From positions 585,875 through 649,874 of the forward strand of contig CAXXVD010000003.1 of assembly GCA_963662335.2 (NCBI GenBank): a stretch of 64,000 bases of DNA. Direction: 5' to 3'. Shown one piece after another: positions 57,931 to 64,000 of the stretch (the first letter of the stretch is position 1; every line of letters starts with the position of its first letter). This DNA is from Chloroflexota bacterium (GTDB taxonomy: Bacteria; Chloroflexota; UBA11872; VXOZ01). The notes under the pieces were generated by a model. The model did not search any database and was not told the origin of the DNA. It was given only the letters and a program-made list of their open reading frames with translations. Both the position numbers and the translations under genes were made by a program.

Positions 57931-60312
57931 TTGGCTGAACCGGTCATATCGGAAAGCGCCTGGACGCCGCGCCGCGCCGCGGTCGTGGGCGCGGGCACCA
58001 TGGGCGCGCAGATTGCCGCGCTGCTGGCCGGCTGCGGCGTCGCGTGCGAGTTGCTCGACGTGCCCGAAGACACCGGGCGCAACCGGCGCGCGGAAGCGGC
58101 CCTGGAGAAACTCGCCGCCATGCGTCCCCCGCCGCTGTTCGCGCGCGGCGACCTGGCGCGCATCCGTCCCGGCAACGTGGAGGACCACGGCGCGCGGCTA
58201 AACGAGTGCGATTGGGTCATTGAGGCGGTCTTCGAAGACCTGGAAGTGAAACAGCGGCTCTGGTCGGGGTTGGCGCCGCACCTGCGGGACGACGCCGTCG
58301 CCAGCACGAACACCTCCAGCATTCCCATTCACGCGATTGCCGCCGCGCTGCCCGCCAACCTGCGGCGCAGATTTCTCGGCGCGCACTTCTTCAATCCGCC
58401 CCGCTACCTGCGGCTCTTCGAGTTGATTCCGACGGCGGAAACCGACCCGGCCGTTACTGCGGCCGTGCGGCGCTTCGGCAGTGAGACCCTCGGCAAAGGC
58501 TGCGTGCTCGCCCACGACGTGCCGGGTTTCGTTGGCAACCGGATTGGGCTCTACGTCTTCGCCGAGACCCTGCGCGCCATGCAAGAGATGGGCTTGGGCC
58601 CCGATGAGGTGGACGCCGTTACCGGGCCGCCGCTGGGTCGTCCCCGCAGCGCCACGTTTCGCACGCTCGACCTGATTGGCATCGACGTCTACGTGGACAT
58701 CTGCGACAAACTGCAAGCCACCGTGCCGGAAACGTGGGAACGAGAAGCGTTCGCCGTGCCGCCGTTCCTGCGCGAGATGGTCGCGCGCGGCTGGCTGGGT
58801 GAAAAGAGCGGCCAGGGCTTCTATAAGCGCGTCGAAAGAGACGGTCGCCGGGAGATACTTGTCCTTGATCCGGAGACCCTGGCGTACCGCCCGCAGCGCA
58901 GATTGGACGCCCCTTCGCTGGCGGCGGCGCGGAACGTGGAAGACGGCGGCGCGCGCATTGCGGCCTTGGCTCAAGCCGACGACGGCGCGGGCAAACTCGC
59001 CTGGCACATCCTCGCGCGTCTCTTCGCCTTCAGCGCCGCCAAGATACCGGAAGTCGCCGACGGCATCGCCAGCATCGACAATGCCATGCGCTGGGGGTTC
59101 GCCTGGGAACGCGGCCCTTTCGAGACCTGGGAGGCCATGGGCATCGCGGAGACGGCAGACCGCATGGCGCGCGACGGCCTGGCCGTGCCGCCGTGGGTGG
59201 AAGCCCTGGCGCGGCGGGGCGAGCGCTTCTACCGCTACACTGCGCAGGGAACCGAGCAAGCCACGCCCCAATCCGCCTACAAGCCCGTAATCGGCAGCGA
59301 ACGGATGTTTTCCCTGAACCGCCTGCGGGCGCTGCCGGCGCCGGTGGCGGCTAACGCCGGCGGAACGCTCTACGACCTCGGCGACGGCATTGCCTTTCTG
59401 GACGCGCACGGGCCGAAGCAGACGATCGACCAAGACGTGCTCGATATGCTCGACTTGGCAGCCGCGCGCGTGCCGTCCGCCTTCCGGGGTCTCGCGCTCA
59501 GCAGCCACGCGCAGCCGCACTTCTGCGTTGGCGCGAACCTTGCCGTGCTTCTTCACGCCGCTCAGGAAAAGCAGTGGGGCGTCATTGACACCTTCATTCA
59601 AAATCTGCAATATGGCTTGTTGGCGCTCAAGCGCATGAACGTGCCCTTTGTCACCGCGCTCTACGGGCGCGCGCTGGGCGGCGGGCTGGAACTGGGACTC
59701 TCGGCGCAGCGGATTGTGGCGGCGCGGGAGAGTTACGTGGGCCTGGTGGAAACCGCCGTGGGCCTGGTGCCCGCGGGCGGCGGCTGCAAGGAACTGCTGC
59801 TGCGGATGTTGGCCGCTGCGTCGTCCGCTGATGGGGCCCCCGCCGCGCAACGGGCGTTTGAAATCATCCGCATGGGCAAGGTGTCACAACACGCGCCCGA
59901 CGCGCGGGAAATCGGCTACCTGCGCCCCAGCGACGTGATCGAACCGAACCCCGACCACCTGCTCTACCGCGCCAAGGTGGAGGCGCTGGCGCTGTGTCAA
60001 GAGGGTGAAGCAGGCGCTTCTACCCGCGCCCAGCCGGTCCAACTGCCCGCGCTTGGCGCCAGCGTTCGCGCCGCGCTGCTGGCGCCGGTTGAGGAACTGG
60101 CGCGCGCGGGCAAAGCCAGCGACCACGACCTGCTAATCGCCCGTAAACTCGCCTTCATCCTCACCGGCGGGGACGCCACGCCCGGCGCGCAGTGCGACGA
60201 AACCCACTTCCTCGACCTGGAGCGCGAGGCGTTCGTCAGCCTCTGCGGCGAACCCAAGTCCCAAGACCGCATCGCCCATCTCCTCAAGACCGGCAAACCC
60301 CTGCGCAACTAG
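57931..60312 (+). CDS. fadN: 3-hydroxyacyl-CoA dehydrogenase/enoyl-CoA hydratase (FadN-like)
   Basis: VGAGTMG, STNTS, HFFNPPRYL, FCVGANL, LGGGLE, C-terminal GKPLRN; TTG start after AAGGAG. Confidence 0.9.
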   Translation: MAEPVISESAWTPRRAAVVGAGTMGAQIAALLAGCGVACELLDVPEDTGRNRRAEAALEKLAAMRPPPLFARGDLARIRPGNVEDHGARLNECDWVIEAVFEDLEVKQRLWSGLAPHLRDDAVASTNTSSIPIHAIAAALPANLRRRFLGAHFFNPPRYLRLFELIPTAETDPAVTAAVRRFGSETLGKGCVLAHDVPGFVGNRIGLYVFAETLRAMQEMGLGPDEVDAVTGPPLGRPRSATFRTLDLIGIDVYVDICDKLQATVPETWEREAFAVPPFLREMVARGWLGEKSGQGFYKRVERDGRREILVLDPETLAYRPQRRLDAPSLAAARNVEDGGARIAALAQADDGAGKLAWHILARLFAFSAAKIPEVADGIASIDNAMRWGFAWERGPFETWEAMGIAETADRMARDGLAVPPWVEALARRGERFYRYTAQGTEQATPQSAYKPVIGSERMFSLNRLRALPAPVAANAGGTLYDLGDGIAFLDAHGPKQTIDQDVLDMLDLAAARVPSAFRGLALSSHAQPHFCVGANLAVLLHAAQEKQWGVIDTFIQNLQYGLLALKRMNVPFVTALYGRALGGGLELGLSAQRIVAARESYVGLVETAVGLVPAGGGCKELLLRMLAAASSADGAPAAQRAFEIIRMGKVSQHAPDAREIGYLRPSDVIEPNPDHLLYRAKVEALALCQEGEAGASTRAQPVQLPALGASVRAALLAPVEELARAGKASDHDLLIARKLAFILTGGDATPGAQCDETHFLDLEREAFVSLCGEPKSQDRIAHLLKTGKPLRN

Positions 60313-60330
60313 CTGGGTTGACAGGCAGCG

Positions 60331-61539
60331 TCATTCCGCTAAGGCCCCACGCAGCAGGTCCAGCGCCGCGTTCTCGTGGGCGTAGATGTCGCGCAGTTGC
60401 GCCTGCATCCGCGCCAGCAGGTCGTCGATCCACGCCTGGTCGCGGGGAAAGGCGGCGTCCAGCGCCGGGCGCATGGCTGCGAACTCCTTGCCCAAGCGCA
60501 CGATCGTCTCCGCCTGGTCGTCTCCGCCCGTCTTGATGGCCGCCTCCCGCTCATCCAGCAGCGCGCGGGCGTCTGCCAGCGGCGCAACCGCCGGGTCAAG
60601 CGCCATCTCGGCCAGCGCCCGCCATTTCTCGCCGATTTCGCGGTAGGCGGCCGCGGCCTCGCCCAGCGCGGGAGAATCCAGGATTGACGCGGCTTCCGCC
60701 AGAAAGTCGGCGTACATGGAGCGCAGGGCCGTGCCGTCGCTGCCCTCGTGCATGATGCCGCCGTAGACCGCGGCCAGGCCGGAAAAGAGCGCCCTGCCGC
60801 CGCCAAAGACCGTGGGCCAGCCCTTGGCGTTCTTGGTGTCCGTCAGCAGCCGCGCCCATTTGCGCAGGGTGGGCAGCGCGAACGAGGTGGACTTGGACCC
60901 CAGGTAGTCGATGTTGGCCTGAATACCGGCGGTGATGGCGGCGGGCAGGTCGAGCGTCTCCGGCGGCGCGAGCAGCAGCAGCCGGTTCTTGAAAGACGGT
61001 ATCCGCTGGCGCGCGGCGCCAAGAGACGCGCCGGGCACGGTGAACGGCCGCGCGCCGGTATCGTCAATCGTGTACACGTCGGCAGCGGCGTCGTAGCCGC
61101 AGGCGGTCACGACCCAACTGAACCAGCCCGTGTCGTCCGGCTCGCGGTTGTAGTAATCCAGCAGTTCGCGCTCCAACCAGAGAATCGCCGGCCGGCCCGC
61201 CGCCAGCGCGTCGTCCAGCGTTTTGCGCGCCTTCTTCACGCCGCCGGTCTCGTGAAACTCCGCCGCCACGCCGATGCGCTCGCAAAGCTGCGTGACGTAG
61301 CGCACGGGATAGTTGAACTGGTGCTGGAAGCCAACCACGAGGGCCGGGTGGCTGTGCTCCTTGAACTCCCACAGGATGTAGCACGCGCCCAACCCGCCGC
61401 CAATGCCAAAGAGCATGGCCTCGCTAAACGGCGCGCCGGTAGCCGGATTCTGAACACCCAAGAAGCGCAGGTAGTTGGCAAGCGTGGCGGTCTCCGGGTG
61501 GATGCCGCCAAAGTGATCGTAGCCGGTGATGACGGTCAT
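60331..61539 (-). CDS. BtrH N-terminal/DUF4872-like protein
   Basis: G.H.ET, FSEAMLFGIGGGLG, G.ALR.MYADFL.EA. Confidence 0.72.
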   Translation of the reverse strand: MTVITGYDHFGGIHPETATLANYLRFLGVQNPATGAPFSEAMLFGIGGGLGACYILWEFKEHSHPALVVGFQHQFNYPVRYVTQLCERIGVAAEFHETGGVKKARKTLDDALAAGRPAILWLERELLDYYNREPDDTGWFSWVVTACGYDAAADVYTIDDTGARPFTVPGASLGAARQRIPSFKNRLLLLAPPETLDLPAAITAGIQANIDYLGSKSTSFALPTLRKWARLLTDTKNAKGWPTVFGGGRALFSGLAAVYGGIMHEGSDGTALRSMYADFLAEAASILDSPALGEAAAAYREIGEKWRALAEMALDPAVAPLADARALLDEREAAIKTGGDDQAETIVRLGKEFAAMRPALDAAFPRDQAWIDDLLARMQAQLRDIYAHENAALDLLRGALAE

Positions 61540-61644
61540 AGTTTCCTGTTCTTTCCCGTGGTGAAGCTGGACAAGTGAGAGCCACCGCCTCAAATGGTAG
61601 AAAGCGTGAGATAACTACAGTCTCAACCTCCCTGCAAGGAGTGC

Positions 61645-62317
61645 TCAGGGTAGCGTAGCGGTCTCTTGGAACTCTCTGTAGAGGCTTTGGCTAAAGGGTC
61701 TGGCAGAGATGATTTCAGATAGAGGAATCACCAACCGAACGTCCTTTTCACGTTGTTCCGCAACTACATGGGAGTAGTCTGTCGTTATCGTGAGTTGCTG
61801 TGTGACTTCTTGTCGGTAGCCGCTCCAGTACGGTACAAGCTCGACGTGCTTACCCGCTGCATTGTTCCAGTAGATTGGAATGCCAATGTATGACTTCCTA
61901 TTCTTCAATGAGATTTCAACGAATTCCCTGGACGTAGCAGTATCAAAAATCAGATTGCCGACGATATCCCCTCTCACTCGAATGGTGCGTCGCAAACACG
62001 TGTCCGCGTTGAACCACGGAGTCCGGTTCAACAGCCACGCTCCCGACAGAGCTTCTAGGAAAACCATCACGAGTGTTCCCGCGAAGTCGTATGGAACGAA
62101 GGTCTGCCATACCTTGAGCGGAAAGAATTCTGGACAGAAATGTGTGAAGCCAGTGGCGGTAAGGTAGGGGATTGCAAACAAGAGCATGCCGGCAATGATG
62201 GACTTGAATAGCACGTGGTAGCCGGAGTCGAGTGGAATCTCAAACCGAGTATAGTTCCATTGCCGCAGAAAGAGGTACCCCAATAACTGTTGGGTAGAGC
62301 GTCAGACCCCAAATCAC
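61645..62317 (-). pseudogene. Membrane protein gene with apparent frameshift at the G4 run 62278-62281
   Basis: GTG 62317 overlaps the upstream TGA and reads MIWGLTLYPTVIG; the long ORF GYLFLRQW... continues in another frame. Confidence 0.55.
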
Positions 62318-62508
62318 TTAGTTGCCGGTTCCGTGTCAGAGTCAGTGTTGGAGTCCTTCTTACGAGACTGGTCCCGCAGATAGGTAGAGAACTCCTTCGC
62401 CTTTCGTCGGATTTCTGGGTCGTTGAGGACCTCTTCAGGATCGAGATAAATGCCGCCGTTGCCATCGGCGTAGACCTTGAGCGGAGTACTCTCTTCTTCC
62501 TTGCCCAT
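62314..62508 (-). CDS. Small hypothetical protein, about 64 aa
   Basis: MGKEEESTPLKVYADGNGGIYLDPEEVL...; GTGA overlap with the downstream gene; start uncertain. Confidence 0.55.
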   Translation of the reverse strand: MGKEEESTPLKVYADGNGGIYLDPEEVLNDPEIRRKAKEFSTYLRDQSRKKDSNTDSDTEPATK

Positions 62509-62586
62509 GGGTGACAACTTTCTGCTCAATGTGGCTCTGTTTACATCATTCATTATAGTGGAACAGAACGCGCTCAACAAAAGCCA

Positions 62587-63903
62587 TCACTCAGGCAATC
62601 CCGCGACCCACGCGCGGAAAGCCTCGCCGCGTTCGAACTCGTGTTGGAAAATGCCGAACGAGGCGCAGCCGGGGGAGAGGATGACGGCGTCGCCGGGGCG
62701 GGCGAGGGTTACGGCCTGCGCCAGGGCTTGCGCCAGGTTGTCATAACGGCCGGCGGCGGGACGGGGCAAGGCCGCTTGCAGGCGGTCCGTGGCGCTGCCT
62801 TCCAGGAGCACGACGCCCCGGATAGAGTCCGCCCGGTCGCGCAGCGCGCGCGCTAAATCAGTGAAGTCAAGGCGTTTGTCCGCGCCGCCCAGCAGGAGCA
62901 CGTGCGGACCGGGAATCGTCTCCAGGCAGGCCACCGTGGCCGCGGGCATGGTGGCGGTGGTGTCGTTGATGAAGCGGATGCCGCGCCACTCCCGCACGAG
63001 TTCCTGCCGGTGGGGCACGCCCGTGAAGTCCCGCACTACCGCGGCGATCGCGCTGTCGTCCGCGCCCCACACCCGCGCCGCTGCCGCCGCCGCGGCCATG
63101 TTCTCCCGCAGGTGCGCCCCGCGCGGCGGGGCGTCCGCCTGGCCCGGCAGCGCGTCGTGCCCGGAAAACCAGACCACCGTGCCCGGCGCGCGCCCGCCCA
63201 TCGCCTGGGTGTAGGTATTGTCCCGGTTGAGAATTGCCGTATCGTCCGGACGCTGGCAGCGCACGTTGATCTCTTTGGCGGCGGCGTAGTCGTCCATGCC
63301 GGCGTAGCGGTTCAGGTGGTCCGGGAGCACGTTGGTGACGATCGCCAGCGGCGGACTATATTCATGCGGCGGAAAGGCCTCCAACTGCCAACTGGATAGC
63401 TCCAGCGCCACGCGGGTCCGCTCGTCAATGGCGTCAAGCTGGCTCAGCATGGAGACGCGCAAGTTGCCGGCCGTAATCACGTGATGGCCGGCGGCCGCCA
63501 GCATCTGCGAGAGCACGATCGTGGTGGTGGTCTTGCCTTTGGTGCCGGTCACGCCGGCGACGAACGCGCTGGGGCACGCGCCGACGAAGAGGCTGCTCTC
63601 CATCTCGATGCGCGCGCCGGCCGCCCGCGCCTGCGCCAGATACGGCGAATCCCGCGGCACGGCGGGATTGCGCACCACCAGGTCCGCGTCTTGAAAATCA
63701 CGCGCCTCGTGGCGGCCCAGCACGTAGCGCAGCGGCAGGCCGTCCAGCGCAGCCAGCGACGGCGCGAGAGTCGCCTCATCGCGCAGGTCCGTTACCGTTA
63801 CGGTTGCGCCCTGGGCCGCCAGGTATTGGACGACGCCCACGCCGCCGCCGTGCAGGCCCAGCCCCATGACGACCGCCCGGCAGCCTGAGAGATTCTCGTT
63901 CAT
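62587..63903 (-). CDS. murD: UDP-N-acetylmuramoyl-L-alanine--D-glutamate ligase
   Basis: MGLGLHGGG, GVTGTKGKTTT, LELSSWQL, DHLNRY, HRQE, INDT, LSPGCASF...F.RG..F. Confidence 0.96.
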   Translation of the reverse strand: MNENLSGCRAVVMGLGLHGGGVGVVQYLAAQGATVTVTDLRDEATLAPSLAALDGLPLRYVLGRHEARDFQDADLVVRNPAVPRDSPYLAQARAAGARIEMESSLFVGACPSAFVAGVTGTKGKTTTTIVLSQMLAAAGHHVITAGNLRVSMLSQLDAIDERTRVALELSSWQLEAFPPHEYSPPLAIVTNVLPDHLNRYAGMDDYAAAKEINVRCQRPDDTAILNRDNTYTQAMGGRAPGTVVWFSGHDALPGQADAPPRGAHLRENMAAAAAAARVWGADDSAIAAVVRDFTGVPHRQELVREWRGIRFINDTTATMPAATVACLETIPGPHVLLLGGADKRLDFTDLARALRDRADSIRGVVLLEGSATDRLQAALPRPAAGRYDNLAQALAQAVTLARPGDAVILSPGCASFGIFQHEFERGEAFRAWVAGLPE

Positions 63904-64000
63904 ACGGTGCTTACCCTGTCGTTGCTTGCTTTCTGCCGCCTGCGCCCAGCCGCCAGCGCGGATTGTACTACAATTGTACAATGTGTAAAGGTGCGGCAAT

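Noticed and set aside
63963-63982. Overlapping palindromes TTGTACTACAA / ATTGTACAAT upstream of murD
   Set aside because: Could be an operator, but it is a single short instance at the window edge and cannot be assigned

Overview
High-GC bacterial chromosomal segment; gene content (Uma2 paralogues, Tat-lipoprotein solute-binding proteins, PaREP1-like gene) loosely suggests Chloroflexota, which is inference only. It carries housekeeping genes (recJ, rel, lipA, lipB, pth, comEA, murD, tRNA-Thr(CGT)), many catabolic and transport genes, an MNT-HEPN toxin-antitoxin pair, one IS30 element and at least four families of REP-like palindromes. The main candidate system is a phosphate/polyphosphate locus (32301-40501): a CHAD gene, ppx/gppA and two divergent thymidylate-kinase-fold genes, one with an intact and one with an altered P-loop, converging on phoB-phoR-phoU-arsC. 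It resembles a bacterial version of the heteromeric family-3 polyphosphate kinase reported in Sulfolobus. Other oddities: a Rel enzyme with a duplicated Zn-finger domain; an IS30 inserted in a REP that supplies its stop codon; several tandem arrays built on REP ends; 11-bp direct repeats before a dksA/traR-like gene; and an AT-richer two-gene cassette with a frameshift. All calls come from reading motifs by eye; no searches were run.
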